Shown: positions 12,141 to 26,739 of the stretch, piece after piece
Layout: each line of letters opens with the position of its first letter
Numbering within the stretch: position 1 is the first letter of the stretch
Assembly (NCBI GenBank): GCA_028534125.1
Contig: CM052816.1
Coordinates: 10,108,001-10,172,000 of the forward strand
Source: Lama glama
Taxonomy: Eukaryota
Length of the DNA: 64,000 nucleotides
Reading direction: 5' to 3'
Translations under genes and position numbers: made by a program
The notes under the pieces: generated by a model
The model's database searches: none
The model's input: the letters and a program-made list of their open reading frames with translations, nothing else
Told to the model about the DNA's origin: nothing

Positions 12141-12319
12141 TCACTTGCTACATAAGTGTAGGAAACCTTTAGTAGATTACCTAGTGCAATGTAAACGTTC
12201 AGTAAATGTTCCCAGGTATTTTTATAAATAATAATGTACTGGGAAATGGCTCCTCAGAAGAGGTCGCCAGTAAGATGTACTTGGAAGAATATATGTCAGC
12301 AAGTAAGTAGTTAAGCAAA

Positions 12320-12690
12320 CACAGGCCTTGAGGGAATTTTTGCATTTAGGTATGCTAGACGGAGTAAACAGCTTATGCAAAGATGCAAAGGCAGGAAGAC
12401 ACAGCACTTACATGGAGAATAATGAGAGATCAGTTTGGCTGGAACACGGGATGAGGGAGGAGGTCTTGGACGAGAAGCCTGAAAAAGGTCATCTGGAGTT
12501 AACCTTTGGAGTGGTTTAAATGGAATGAAAGGGATCTGATTTTGAGTAGAAAGAGAAACTTTCAGGCAGTGTCTTGATGGCACCTTGAAGATGGGTTGTG
12601 GGAAGCCGAGTCTCGAAAAGAGGAGACTGAAATTAATTCACGTGCCATGTGATGATGTCCTGAAGTAGACTGAGTGGCCATGAAACTACA
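12320..12690 (-). mobile_element. L2 fragment
   Basis: Purine-rich antisense L2-like motifs (cagcttatgcaaagatgcaaaggcaggaag; cagtttggctggaac). Confidence 0.55.
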
Positions 12691-14466
12691 TCAGAGTAGA
12701 AAGTCGGTCTCTGTTTATTTACGTCTCTGTTAATTACCAATTTTTATTGCTAGAATTTTTATTGTCACATTTCCAAGCCAGCTGCGTGCAGGGTTGTAAT
12801 TTTTGTTCTTCAGCTTTTTAAATTTTCCCTCAGAACAGAAACTCTTGGTAGCTAGGCAGAAGTATGTTTTAAGCAATTTTTCTTGCAGGGACATTTATAT
12901 GTGTAATGATTTCCAGCCTTTATCCTCAGTGGAGAAATGGAGAGCAGTTCATTTCCCTGTGGTTGCACAGCCTTCTCTTCTGTGGTGTAACCCCAATTTA
13001 AAAGGACCTTGTTTTTTAAAAGAGCTTCTAATGATTCTATTGGCTAAAAAATGTAGACACCATGGCATGTGAGCAAGGGGCATTTGCATTTACAGGGAGT
13101 CTTTCTGTCCTGTGAATTGCAATGCTGCCTAATTGTTAACAAGCATTGGAAACAGCTTTCTCTGAACGCAGGGTCTGTCCTGGGAAAGACTAATAGGAGA
13201 AAAATTCAGTCTCCTGCCTTAAAGCACTAACTTATGGGCACTGGCTCGTTTGTTGACTTCATTTTTTACTAGAATAAGTGGCTTACAAACATTCAAAGAT
13301 GTACAAATCATGAAACAGATCATGGTAAAGCAAACCAGTGGACTTCTGGGTTACCAGTTACTAAGTTAAAGATGTGAATAGCAGCAATGCCTCAGATCTA
13401 TGTAAGTGAGAATTTCTGAGAAATAATCATTTTTATAAAAAATGTATATTTTTATACTAATGAATGGATAAACATGTAAAAAATGGAGGCAAATACAGAG
13501 TTGTAGAAACGGTTGATTTTTTTTTTTTGACAGGTGTTTAATTCTGCAATACTGGAACTGGCTAATGTTTCTTAAGTATTTTACATGTGTCAGGCTCCAT
13601 AATGCTTTGCATACATATATGTAACATAAAATATAAATGTATAAATTATATATTTTATTTCATCTATTTATTGTTTATATTTCCTATATTTATTCTATTT
13701 ACACATATTCGTATATCTATGAATAGTTTATAAGGTATAAATTCTCAGGAGAGCAGTTGATTTCGGAAGATTGTTCTTCTGACCGACTGGAGGTCTATCT
13801 TTGTGTTAATTCTATTATTATTTTTTTATACATGGATACAACTTAGGTCATTAGGCTTTTTCTAGGGAAGATTAGATGAGGAAATATTTCTACCAGGCAT
13901 ATCTGAATGAAAGGCCATTAGGCTGTGCTTGGAGTTTGGTGAAACCCTCCTTTCCAGGATAGCGTGGGCACTCCGAAGAGTCCTGAGAAGCTCACCTGCC
14001 TCCTCTGGCTGCCTCCTCTTTCTCACCATGTATTTATTTTGGATTTTCTCAGCTTGGATCCTGTACTCTTATAATTTCAAAATTTGCTGTCACCTCCCCA
14101 GAATTCATCTTTCTGGAATCCTCGTCTCTCTTTACCACAACTAATGATCAGAAATAATAGTAACTATAAATGCCTGCATATATTACTATAAACATATGAT
14201 GTATGTTTTTGTTACACTATATGACTATATTAATACTCACCAAAATCCTGTGCACAATTTTATGGATGGTGAATCTGAGGCTTAGAAAGTCTCTTAATAA
14301 GCAAAAGAACAAAAATTAATTCACAAAAGTTCAGGTACTGAAGTTGATGCCCTGTACTTGAATTCGTAATAATATCACCCCAAGGCTGTTTGTGTTTTTC
14401 TTTCTGTTTTTAAACACAGCCAACAAAGTTGGTTCTTTAATCTTTAAGCTCTTAGGGGAAAAAAAA

Positions 14467-14966
14467 NNNNNNNNNNNNNNNNNNNNNNNNNNNNNNNNNN
14501 NNNNNNNNNNNNNNNNNNNNNNNNNNNNNNNNNNNNNNNNNNNNNNNNNNNNNNNNNNNNNNNNNNNNNNNNNNNNNNNNNNNNNNNNNNNNNNNNNNNN
14601 NNNNNNNNNNNNNNNNNNNNNNNNNNNNNNNNNNNNNNNNNNNNNNNNNNNNNNNNNNNNNNNNNNNNNNNNNNNNNNNNNNNNNNNNNNNNNNNNNNNN
14701 NNNNNNNNNNNNNNNNNNNNNNNNNNNNNNNNNNNNNNNNNNNNNNNNNNNNNNNNNNNNNNNNNNNNNNNNNNNNNNNNNNNNNNNNNNNNNNNNNNNN
14801 NNNNNNNNNNNNNNNNNNNNNNNNNNNNNNNNNNNNNNNNNNNNNNNNNNNNNNNNNNNNNNNNNNNNNNNNNNNNNNNNNNNNNNNNNNNNNNNNNNNN
14901 NNNNNNNNNNNNNNNNNNNNNNNNNNNNNNNNNNNNNNNNNNNNNNNNNNNNNNNNNNNNNNNNNN
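14467..14966. other. Assembly gap (500 N)
   Basis: Run of N. Confidence 1.
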
Positions 14967-16473
14967 TAGCGATGATGTAAGAACTATAAGCCAAGACGTT
15001 GTTAGTCTTGGGGGCCGCTATTTAATCAAGCAGAATATAACACAATTCAAAACTTTGGGAATCTAAAAGAATAGGTCTTGAGTTGTCCAAATCATTGCCA
15101 AACAGTTCTAGCCTTCATTTTCCTGCACTGGTAACTATTTTGCTAATGTGCTGTCCTCAGGTCATTGGTAAGCATTTGTTAGTGTAAATCTAAGTTTGAT
15201 CCCCCAGGGTTTGTCTGTGTGTGTGTTTCCCACAGGATCTGTTGTTCAGGGAGCACTCAATGGGTCTATAACAGGGGCTGAGGGCAGATCTCGTTTTCAA
15301 AGAGAGTCCTACGTTGAAACTTTTACGCTGTGTCCATGTGAGGATCTGTGTGCAGTCACAGAGCTACCTTGATGGGATTGAAAAACATCCGCCATAAAAT
15401 CTAAAATTTTTGTCCTATTGCAAGACCTTACAGCCTTTAGTGAACTATGATTAATTTTATATAATAAATGCTGTAATTATTTTTGTGAAGAGTACAGTTA
15501 TTTTGCTTTGTTACCTTTTGCTTTGAAACAGTATTGATGGCTTTAATAGGCTTAAGATCTATAACAACTTTCGAAGAATTGTTTGGACTTTTATTCACTT
15601 TTTGAATACAGCTAGCCTTTGAGAGCCTTTGGCAATGTATTTATAAACATGATAGAATGATTCTCCAGTGCATTTTAAAGAATCTTAGCATGTTCTTAAT
15701 AATGTCATAGAAAGGGTCAAGTTGGAGCCTGGTGGCTCCTTATCATACACAGATAGAGTGTCATCACAAAATAGGACATCACAAGCTGAAGAAGACTTAT
15801 TTTCCTCTACCAAGCATAGTTGGGAAAAAATTTCATTAACCATCCTAGGTCTTTGATGTCTCCAGCTACCTTTTGGAGACAGGCCAACTCCCTATGTTGA
15901 CTCATTTACTTGTCTTTTTTTCCTTTGAAAAACAAAGGAGGCAACTTGCAGTTTAAAAAGAAAAAAGGAAGGAAAGAAGGAAAAAAAAAGAAGGAAAGAA
16001 AGAAGAGAGGGGGAAAGAGCTGCATGGTACAAGGACAGGATATTGAACTCAGTCTTTGATTCACCTTGGAAAAATGCCAGCCCCTGCAGAGGAGCAGAAT
16101 TTTCAGTTCTAGTTTGTAAGGCTGAACCTTTTGGAGCAGAGCATTACTGTGAGGTCAAGGGCTTCTAGGGCCTTCTGGTAGCTCTGGAGAATTCACAAGG
16201 AAATCAGAGCCAGCTCAAAGGTAGTACCCTAGACCAAAACAAGAGAAGGAAAATAAATCCCTTAGACAGATTCCTTGCATTCAATAGGATAGTAGGTGCT
16301 ACAGAACATTCTCAGATAAACACTGAGAGTAGCTTTGGACTGTCCAACCAGGTAGCTTATCCACGAATTATTTTCTAGGATAATGGAAAGACAATAAGGA
16401 TACTCTGCTAATCTGGGTTTCTGTTTTACCCAGCCTCAACTTCATCTCATGAGTGAGCAGAAGAGATTTTTTT

Positions 16474-16511
16474 TAACTTTTTTTTTATTGAATTATAGTC
16501 ATTTTACAATG
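16474..16511 (-). mobile_element. Ultra-short L1 3' terminal insertion
   Basis: taactttttttttattgaattatagtcattttacaatg between direct repeats tgagcagaagagattttttt (16454-16473 and 16510-16529). Confidence 0.85.
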
Positions 16512-16749
16512 AGCAGAAGAGATTTTTTTAAGTGATCTGGGGTATAAGTTTCCTTTGAGATAAGAGTCTGATGCCTGCATTTTATTGTGAGGAATACACA
16601 GATTCCAATTAGAAAAGCTTTCTCCTCCACATACTCACCCACCCAGGTACTATTATTCGAGTACCATAAGCAATTTTTGTACTTTACCAGATTAACCAGC
16701 CTTCTACGTGAAAACTGTTTCAAATTAAATGTATAATATAAGGCTTATT

Positions 16750-17010
16750 AAGACAATGTGCATGAGGGTGATGACAAACACTGATTGCCTTGGCTCCAAA
16801 CCAGTCCTACCTCCTACAAGCTGTGTGATGCAGAGGAGGACACCTAACCTCTCTGAGCATGTTTCCTTTCATAGGGGGAAGAATCCACGAGTACCTTCCC
16901 TCATACTGTGGGTGTGAGGATTTATAAAATGATAGTCTAAAGGATTAACACAGCCACACATTTATTTGTCACAGCAAGCACTCAGTCAAGTCTATAACGA
17001 TTACGATTAT
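16750..17010 (+). mobile_element. MIR SINE
   Basis: agctgtgtgatgcag...cctaacctctctgagcatgtttcc...gtaccttccctcata. Confidence 0.75.
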
Positions 17011-17429
17011 TATTTGAAAGGTTTCTCACACAGTGAAAACCAAACATCGAGGATTGGGATAGTGTGTGGAATTCTAAGGGGGAGAATCAAAACTCAGTCC
17101 TATTTCAGGTTTCAGATGCTGTAAGTCAACAAGCCTTGTAATAATATAATGACACTAGGTCAAGCATTGTGCTAGACATTTTTCTAAGCTATTGATGGTC
17201 ATATTTCAATAATTAATTTGCTCTTAACACAAAAATAGTATTGGGATGATTGACAACTCAATAAATTAAAAAGGAAATGCCTGGGGGTAGGAGGTGGTCA
17301 CAGAGTTAAGTACAGGCTATCATTTCTTGAAGGACCAACTAGCTGAGCAAGTGCAGGTTGTGCACAGCTGTGCTCCTGCACTTACTCAACAAGCATTTGT
17401 TGGGCACCACCAGTGCACCTTCTTGACCT

Positions 17430-17665
17430 TTGCTGTGTGAATAACCCCACATCTCTCCCTCCCTTACCCTGTTTTTAACTTTTTCTTCTTAGCACTTATC
17501 ACCTGCCATGCTGCAGATTTATTTTTGTTTTGTTATGGTCCGCCTTCCCTCGCAAGATTCTAAGTGCCATGGGACTCAGACTCCATTTGTTGTTTGCCCT
17601 ATGCCTAGTGCATAGTAAATGCTCCATCACTATTTCTTAAGTAAATGAAAGAGCGAGTGAATGAA
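17430..17665 (+). mobile_element. L2 3' end
   Basis: cttagcacttatcacc...ctaagtgccatgggac...gcctagtgcatagtaaatgctcc. Confidence 0.6.
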
Positions 17666-19085
17666 AAAACTTGCTGCTGCCACAGAAGAGCTTAAGAATG
17701 AGGTGACTTAACGAAGCGAGCGAGATCTCCGCGGGCATAATCTCCGGAGGCCAGGGATCGGGGGGCTGCTCTGCACCCTGGTTGTGTCGAATGAGCAAGC
17801 AGCCGGGTAGGGTACGCACTGCTGTGCCAGGGGTTTAGCACAGCCGTGCTTTTGTGACAGCTCAGGGTGTCTCTAATTATCGTCAGGGACATGTTGCAGT
17901 CCCACCAGAGTCCTACCAGAAATTCACTTAAAAAAATACAGCAGTATAAAAATATGTACGATCCACATGGCTTGTGGGGAATCAAGAGAGACAGTCAGAT
18001 GAGGTGATATCAAAGCAACGAGACACTTTGGCAGTGTGGTTGGGTAGTGGCGAAGCTGTCGTCTTCTAATATCTCGTGCCTGTGTGTGCGTCTGCATGAG
18101 TGCATTCAAACGCAACCTTGAGCTGGACCTTTTATAACTTGATCAACAGTGACAGGGTCGTCACCTTGATCGTTTAGGTTAGGTGACCTGGAACAGCAGC
18201 GGGAGTTCATCTGGAGTGCTGTTCCTTTTTGGCAGTTTTGCTGATGCCTGTGCTCACATTTCATTCAAGCTCAGGTATTGACTGTACTGACCATTGATCC
18301 TAAACCAGGAGCATTAACTCCATACTTAATTACAGCTCACAGACTTTCCCTGAAGCAAGAAGAAAACACTCTCTTGTGCATTGCAGAGGGGCAGTTATTT
18401 TCCTATAGTTAACGTCTAGAATGGGCACTGCCCGTCTCGATCTGTTTTCTGTAGAAGTGTGTTCTTTCATGGAGTAGCATGTGTATTATCAAAGTCAACA
18501 GACAGTTACAAAGTAAAACAAGGAATTCTTCATCTTCTAGTGAATTAGTCAAAGAAGTGAGCACAGTTCCTTGCTTCTAGGAAAAAGGTAATATACTCAC
18601 AACTTTTACTTATATATGAAACAAGTTATATGTGTTCATCTTAGAAAATTTAGAAAATAAAGTAATAAAATTCAAAGGGCTAGACACACAATACATGCCA
18701 GCCACAGTTATACTCCCTAAGAAATAGCATTTTGGCAATCACCTTCTGAAGATGGAAAAGGTATATTTGGTGAAGTGTATATCTGTTACGTTTTTTGCAA
18801 TGTAGTTATCATCAGAGTTATTTTAAATGTACTCTTTGCAAATGTTTTAAATTTATATTTGGAGAAGTGCTGAAATTAACGTTTAGGTAAGGTAAAAAAA
18901 TTTTTTTTCATATGATATCCTAACAATTTAGCTTAACAAGTTTGTGTTTTGGTTAATTAGGTTTTTTGCAGCAGGCTATAGATCTGTAATGGACTTCCAG
19001 GCCTGGATGGACTGAGTGTTCTGAACTGATCAACGCCATCATCCTAAGAAGTCAGGCCCTTATGAAGAGTTAGCTGTGGGAGGCA

Positions 19086-19216
19086 GGAGGATGTAGCTCA
19101 AGTGGTAGAGCGCACGCCTAGCGTACACAAGGCACTGGGTCCAGTCCCCAGTACCTCCCCTAAAAATAAATAAATAAGTAAACCTAACTACCTCTCCCAC
19201 CAAAAAAAAAAGAAAA
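19086..19216 (+). mobile_element. Vic-1-like SINE, full length
   Basis: gggaggatgtagctcaagtggtagagcgcacgcctagc with A-tail. TSD aagagttagctgtggga at 19065-19081 and 19217-19233. Confidence 0.93.
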
Positions 19217-20547
19217 AAGAGTTAGCTGTGGGATGGCATGAAGGGCTGCAGTGAAGCATCCCACTGGGCCGTCCAACTCTAGCAATTATGACTTCACTCC
19301 AGGGCTTCCGCACATAAAAGGAACGCACAGCTCACTTTGGAGGCATGTTCCTCTTCACCAACACTACATGTGAGGTTTGCTCTTCAAGCTGGGTTGCAGT
19401 CATGATAACAAGTACTTCATTTTCCAGTTGTCATTTATTAAGCACGTCCTAGGTGTCAATCATGGTGCTAGGGTCTGGTGGTGGAGACAAAGTCTGATAT
19501 CGGAGCTTTGATTCAAGCCTGTTCAGTATGCCATGCAGGTCCTAGAAGACGAGAGAGGAACCGGCAAGACGAGATTTTAGGATTATTGTGACCATCCCTT
19601 ACTACTTCCGAGTTGCCCAAAAGTTTCTGGAAATGCAGATATGCTGAGCATCAGTGGGGAGAGACTCGGCATTGAAGGGAAGGGTCATCAGGACAGCTCC
19701 CGGGTTCTAGCCTGGGAAAGGCTCTTAGTCAGGTTGGCAGAAGAAAGGAAGTTTGTGAAGGTGGCTTATCCTTTAGAAACAAGACTGTGACCAGAACTGT
19801 GTGTCACAGCTGCCATGGTTATTAGCTCTCTGACCCCCAGCAGGTGCAGTCTGGCTTCAGAGTGAGCTGACGAATATATATATATGCATGTATGTCATGG
19901 TAATCAGTCTTCAATTTCTTCTCTACATCTGGTGATCAATGTATGCCTTCCATTCTTTTTTAAGTTAACTTTTAGTTGATTTAAACTGTTGCGTTCGTTT
20001 CTGGTGCACTGATTCTGTAACTAGGCATTAGATCTTAGTGATACCTACATTCCTACTTTACGTTTTATTTGCCCTTACATGACCTTGTGTAAGTGTAGCA
20101 AGAACACTTTTTCTGTGCCAGTATAGCCGGCTAGGAGTGTGACTCAAGAGAAAGCACCGAGTGATTGCATGGAAAAGGATCTGGTGTCCAGTAAATAAGG
20201 TTTTCCAGTTGTTAAAAAAAGAGAGGGAGCTGCTTATACCCATAATCAGTTGTTCTTTGAATAAGCACCTCTCATGGGACACATTCAAAACACTGTATTT
20301 TTATTTTCCATTGCTCCCTTTAAAACTTATGTTCTCAGCCCAGTCTTTCCATGACCCTGGGTGGAAAATGGACAGGCCTATGACTTTTCTGGTCAGTCTT
20401 AAGTAATAGAAAGTCCTGTGATCTCTTTAAATCACACATTGTCTTATATTTTAAAAATTAGACTGTCTAGTCCCAGAGGATGATTATGACTGAACTTGAT
20501 GTGATATTGCTTTTTCTTCATCCAGCACTGGAGGCCATCCCCTTGCA

Positions 20548-20568
20548 GTGTGTGTGTGTGTGTGTGTG
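20548..20568. repeat. (TG)n microsatellite
   Basis: Direct reading. Confidence 0.95.
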
Positions 20569-23500
20569 AGAGGGGGGTGGTGCTTGTCTTTTTCTCTCGG
20601 AGATTTGGAAAAGGAAAGGACAGAGGAGCATACGGGAGTTCTTTTTACTTCATCTGGTACTGTTTCAGGATGTCTTCATGCTCTCTTCCCATGTGTACCA
20701 TTTTTCTTTTTCTCCACAAGAGGAAAGAGCACTAAGCCGACTCTGTGACTTGATGGACATTTTCAAGGGTTCTTCGGAGGCTATACTGCGGGCCCTGGGG
20801 CTGTTACTCTCATGAACCAGGCACTGTTGGTCCTCTGGCTGGCCACACGCTCACTCCACTGCCACTTGTCTGGGGGACACTCCAGATGGACTCCCATGGA
20901 CAGAACCCCAGTCCCCCTCCAGGTGGTACCCTTGGGCATAAGTGAAACACCCCCAAGGCCAGCTTTTCCTCTCATGGGGCTTAAATTTGAGGGTAAGCTC
21001 ACATACTCTTTGGTCTGCTGTTAGAGGGAATACAGTTGCAGGAGGAACCCTTTTCCCAGTAAAGCAGCTTGCCAGCCTCTCTGCTGCCTTGCAGATTTCC
21101 TCAATGGGAGTCAGACCGAGCCCGCTGCCTTAACAGATCCGGGAGACCCACATCATGCTCTTCCTGTGGGCACATTAAAGCCCCTCATTCGACTTCTTAG
21201 TGAGGACGGGCACCCCTCATCCCTTCCCTGTGGTGAGGGTTAAGGAGCGGGTGTGCCATACCGTCCTCTGAAGCCTCTTTTCCAAAATCAGCTAAACAAA
21301 ATCCTCCTCTGTTCTACCCTCAAACATTTCATATCCTATGTCTTGTTTTAAAATCTTTGGCTGAAGACCCAAGGGTCATGAAACTGGTTCTCAGGACAAA
21401 CGCTGAAAGTACTGTATTTCGATCTGGTGTCTCTCTTTGTCCTGCAACACCTGTTACATCTTCAGCCTTCGTTAATACATGTAATAATATAATGTATATT
21501 ACTATTATATATTATTACATCATGTTATATAATTTAATAACATTAGCACTCTTCTTCTCATGATCATCTCATGATCTTATTAAATCCCAGTAACAGTCAC
21601 GTGAGGAGGCTGAAATTCTCATCACTCTTTTTTTCCGCTGTAAAAGTTAAAACTCAGAAAAGTAACTGGTTCAAGGTCACACACCTGGTAAGCGGCAGAG
21701 CCAGTAATTGATCCTAAGTTTTCTCGCTACAAGGCCAAGCTGTTTTATCATCAACTTCGTGTTTGCTAACACACTTGTAAATCTAACAGCTCTGTAAAGG
21801 AAGTTCTAAAATAGCACTCAGTACTAAGTAATTGCCTGACCTGTACATTGAATTTCCATACAATGAATTTTCCTATAAAACACACAGCCTAAAATTCCCG
21901 TCTTCAAAGCATTGCTATTTAAACCTATCATATCAACATTTGGGGGAAAAAATTATGTGTGTGTATATATATATTCCATCAGACACTTCTGTTAACTGAG
22001 ACATTTAAGTCACTCAGCTTAATCAAGGAGAATCCTGACTACCTTTAATGAGAGCGTTATTTTCTAATAGAAGAACGAACATGTTTCATGAGTGGAATCT
22101 TAAAATCAATCAGCAGCTGTTGGACCCAGTCCCATATAATTTTTAGATAGCTAAAACCAGAGGTCTATCACAGCTTAAATTCATCCTTGGTCGGAATGTG
22201 TACCTTAAAGATTACAGAAGTAGGAGAATATGGTGAAGAGCCTGTTCAGCGTGACATTTCCAACCTTTGAGAGCTTCACTTCTAAATTTGTATCATTACC
22301 GTCTCCATTAAGAGAAATTAAAATCTCAGTGCTGTTCATTAGTGAATACTTTCTTCTTTATTTCTCCTTCTCCAAAAAAAGGAAGAAAAACCTTGATTGT
22401 CTTGATCTAAAAATGACAAAATAAGAAGTTACATCCTTCTTTATTTATAGTCCTGATTTATAACACCAAAAGAGCAGAGTTACAGCAAGGCTGGAATCGG
22501 GCGCAGAGAAAAGACTTAGTGATAATCATATGCCTCAGCTCTATAATTAATTTTATTAGGGGATGTTTTGACATGAAAGTGGGAGGTATTTTCATTGTGC
22601 AAAATCAGGCGATCCTTAAACCTAAGAAATTAAAATTAGACACAGCATTCAAAATGTCTATTATGACAATAAATATTTCTAGACATACTCTGGCTTTTTC
22701 TCTAAGTTTGTGTTCTTTAGTGGCGATTACTGGGCCTGATATTAGGTAGTCAGCAAATATCTTATCTGAAAGGACAGATGCCCATCCTGGTAGTAAGAGA
22801 GGTACATGAGCGCTTAGAGGGTCTTAGAAATCATGTGTCTCGTGTAATAATAGTAACTAGGGACACATCACATCTCTATCAGGCTCAGTGTCTCTTCCAT
22901 CTCGTCCAGTAAACTTCTTTCTTCCCTTGGGAAGTAGTAATATTCAGCAAGTATGTGTGAAGTATGTTTAAATTCCCTGAATTGCTACCAGTTACTGGAC
23001 TATCTCCGGTATTTTAACACTGAAACAATAGAGGGCTTACATAAACCCTGTGTAAAAGAGCCACATAAATATGCAACATTGGAAATCTCTAACATCCAGG
23101 GTTTTGATGAAATGAACTTGAAGATACCCCTTAGTAGCTACTGTTCTTGAAATCAAATGGATTAATCTTCCTGGAATGTTTTGGTAGTAATTGAAACAAA
23201 ATTTTAATTTTAATTAATCAGAAAATTTAATGTACTAGAAAACCTCATCTCTTGAGAATTATAGATGAGAAACAGTTTACTGTATTTCTTTTCTTAAGCA
23301 GGTTAGGGAACAAGAGGTGGGAAAGAGCCTTAGTTCATAGGAATTGCCTCATTTAATCTGCCCTGAGGCTCAGAGAGGAGAATGACTTGCCTAGAGTGGT
23401 AATAAGTTGGACTCCAGACTGAGACCAGAACTATCAAACTCCTAACTTCTCACCCAGTGCTCATTCTAGTCCGCTGCACTGACTTTATGTCACAGAGGTG

Positions 23501-24889
23501 GTACCTAACTGAGTTACCAACAGCAGTGTTTGCTAGAAAGTACTGTAGCTAGAAACAGTACCATGCTTAACAGAGCAAATGAAATTTGAGATGGCCAGTT
23601 GTTAACTAAGACTTATCATTAACAAATATGAGAATTCAGTTGATGGGAATGCTTGGAAGATAATTCCCGCAATAATAAGCAACACTTGAAGTGGGCTTTA
23701 CTGTTTGAAAATCACTTTCATATTCTGTGAGTTGTTAATGTGAGATTCATACACCCATTGTTTTTTCAGACAAGGGAACTAAGACAGTTTGGGTCATTTA
23801 AGCAAGGTGACAGTGTTGGCAGAGCCAGTACTCAGATTGAGGTCTGGCAGGTGACAAACGCATTGAAATAGAGACACCTGAATAGCAAGGATTTTCCAGG
23901 TGCTGACCCCAGCATATGCAGATCCCCAGGAATCCATTCCCACTTCTGACCCTCTGCGTGGAACCTTGTCAGATAGAAAAGAATTCTGCCTGGGAGAAGG
24001 CTGTTTGCTGTTTCTTGCAGTCGAGCGTTTCCTTCTCACTTAGACGTCTGCAAGGGCCCTGAGGGTGCCCCCCTACACCTCCTCCTTTTACACAGAGGAT
24101 AAATCAGACTCTGTGTTCACGCTCATTAGAAACAGAAAGCAGTTTATTAGCAGTTTGTTATGATCTGCATGTAGTTTGTAAATCTTACCCCCAAGTCAAT
24201 TTCTGTTGTTCTTCTTGGAAAGCAATCTGTTTTGTCAATAACCTTACTTACAAAGATGCTGAAGCAGCAGCAGCAGATGGAAAATATATCAAGGATAAAT
24301 AGGAAAACAAAAGGGCATAGGGAGCAAGATGGGAAACACCAGCACAAAAGGACAATAACTAGGAAAGGCAAGAGTAAGGTAGTGCAGTAACGGCATAAAC
24401 ATAAAGACGGGTCTTCTTTGTTCCGTCCCTCCTTTGTCAGACACAGAGCCCAGCAAGGACTGAAATTGCCCATTTCAGTTTTTCTATGCAGAGCTGCTCT
24501 CACAACCGAGGTGAGTGGTATTATCATGAGTAAAGTTTTTTTTTCCTTTCTAATTTGCATTTATTCAATGAGCATTACCTGGTGACCACCACCTGTCCAC
24601 GCTCGTGCTCACCCGTGGGGGGTGAAATGATTAATAGCCGCTCTCACCTTAAGAACCTCAGAATTTCATGGATTAAAAAAAAAATCCTCACCTAAACCGT
24701 GATTTAGTTACAAGCAACCGTTTTGCACAGGCCATCTCTTATCAATTTTAGGTCCTATATGCATCATAAAGATTTTAATTTTAGATATTTCCTGGAAGGT
24801 GCTGGGAAGACGGCAGAATTCTAATATAACGTTGTGAGATCAAATGGCAGGATGGTGTTAGGAATGTCAGAAGTTCTTATTATGAAGGA

Positions 24890-25145
24890 GAAATATCATA
24901 GCATGAGATTAAGAGCAGATTCTAAAGCCAGACAAATCTGAGTTTAAGTCCCCATCTCATGAAGAAGTACCAGCTGTGTGACACTGGCAAGCTACTTGAC
25001 CTCCCTAAGCCTTCATTTCCTCACTCAAACAATAGGGGTGCTAGGACTTCCCCTCATCAGTGAGAATTAATGACATGATGTATGTAAGATCTTCAGCACC
25101 TAGTAAATGTTCAATACAAATTTGTTTTTATTGTTATTAGTGGTA
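24890..25145 (+). mobile_element. MIR SINE
   Basis: atagcatgagattaagagcagattctaaagccagac...agctgtgtgacactggcaagctacttgacctc. Confidence 0.8.
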
Positions 25146-26739
25146 GTAGTATCACTCATTATTGCTATTGTCTGAAAGGTAACAGTAAGCCATGTGTTTT
25201 CTCCTACATCCACCATCAAGGCAGACAGAGAGAAATAGCCATACTGAAATTCTAACACACTCCACTTTTTACAAGAGATGGAGTCATCTCTTTTTTCTGT
25301 GTTTATTTTAGCCACTATGAATAGAACTCTGGTAAAAGAGGACAGTAAGAATTACTCTAGCAAGATGGGGGAAGGGCATAAAAATGGCAATGATTCCAAA
25401 TGAAGCCACTAATCCTTTTTATAGTTATATTGGGTGCTATGGGAAATATCTGGAATCACCTGACCTGTGTTCTTAGCTGCCATTTAATCAAAGCTTTATA
25501 CAAAGTCAACTAAATGTCCTGAAAATAATTTACTAAACAGGGACTGGAAACCCATGGTGGTAGGAATTCGGAGCTGCAAATCAGGAGTCTGCATTAATCA
25601 CCTTTCTTAGAAGAACAACTCAGGGACAGGGAAAATGATCACTCATGTGGAATATAATTTAACTTGCAACTGCTCGGCAGTATTTCGTTTTTAAAACCCA
25701 CATATTCCAACATGTTCCAAGATTTTCTGAGGTGATGCTTTGTATGCACCACACACGGATCCTAATTGAAATGCTGAGTAGTTTGTTTCTCCGAGGTTCA
25801 AATTCTTGATACATCTTCTGAATATCAAATACCCAGAACAATGCTGCAACACTGGCAGATGTGCAGATAAATGTGTTATGTCAGGTTTCAGCCACGATAC
25901 CAAGAACAGCTCATTTCAAAACCATCCTCAGCCCCAGATGGCTTGAAACAAAAGAGTTTGGAAATCTAGGTGACCTATTTCTCAAAACTATTGTTGTGAT
26001 GATCATTGAGCAAAATAATCTAGATAAAAAGAAGAAGAGAGCATTGCTGTGTTCTCTGGGACTGTAAATCTGAGGCTCTTTTTCCTGGTAAGCATGACCA
26101 CGAATTTAAGAGATGATGCAAAACCTCTAAATAACAGAGCATGTTATTCAAGGATCCACTGTTTTCACCACTCCTGTGAGAATCTCATCCAGAATCCCTC
26201 CAAATAATCCCCCTATAATGTCGGGCCTCAAAAGTGGCAGGACTGTGCGTAATTCCTTGTGCAGACCTGGACACTTTTAGAGCACTGTGGAGAGTGACAC
26301 CAGAGAGTCTGTCCCGCGTGGACGGGAATATCACCATTGCTTCACTCTGAAGTCTAAGTGATTTCACGTCCCCAAAGAACTTCTTTCGTCATTAATAATT
26401 TCTTTTCCTCAAAATTCCAAGCAGTGCCCTTTGTTGTCAAACTAGATCTCCCTGCCTTTAGTGAACTCTCTCCCCTAGTCCGTTCAACATGGAACTGATG
26501 TGATTCTTGGTTCTGTATCACGTTGTCTCTGTGCATCTGGCCTGAAACACTCACCTTCCGTCCCTGCTCATTCCCTTTGTTCCAGTCTAACACACACGCC
26601 TGATTCTTCCTAGCACCTTTATGTGCTTGCATTTTCTGTTGACTTAAAATGGCCTGAAATCACTCAGGCTTGGCCCACAAGTTCAAAAAACAAACACAAG
26701 CACATTGGTAGCAAATCACCCAATATACCACTCTGCAGA

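Noticed and set aside
14392..15066. 224-aa and 180-aa ORFs
   Set aside because: Artefacts of translating through the 500-N gap.
15215..15400. Acceptor-like tttcccacag followed by a short open frame (a similar acceptor occurs at 29461)
   Set aside because: No convincing paired donor or recognisable peptide.
24147..24560. 137-aa minus-strand ORF with hydrophobic/Cys stretch
   Set aside because: The composition is explained by an A-rich opposite strand and a short CAG run; no homology recognised.
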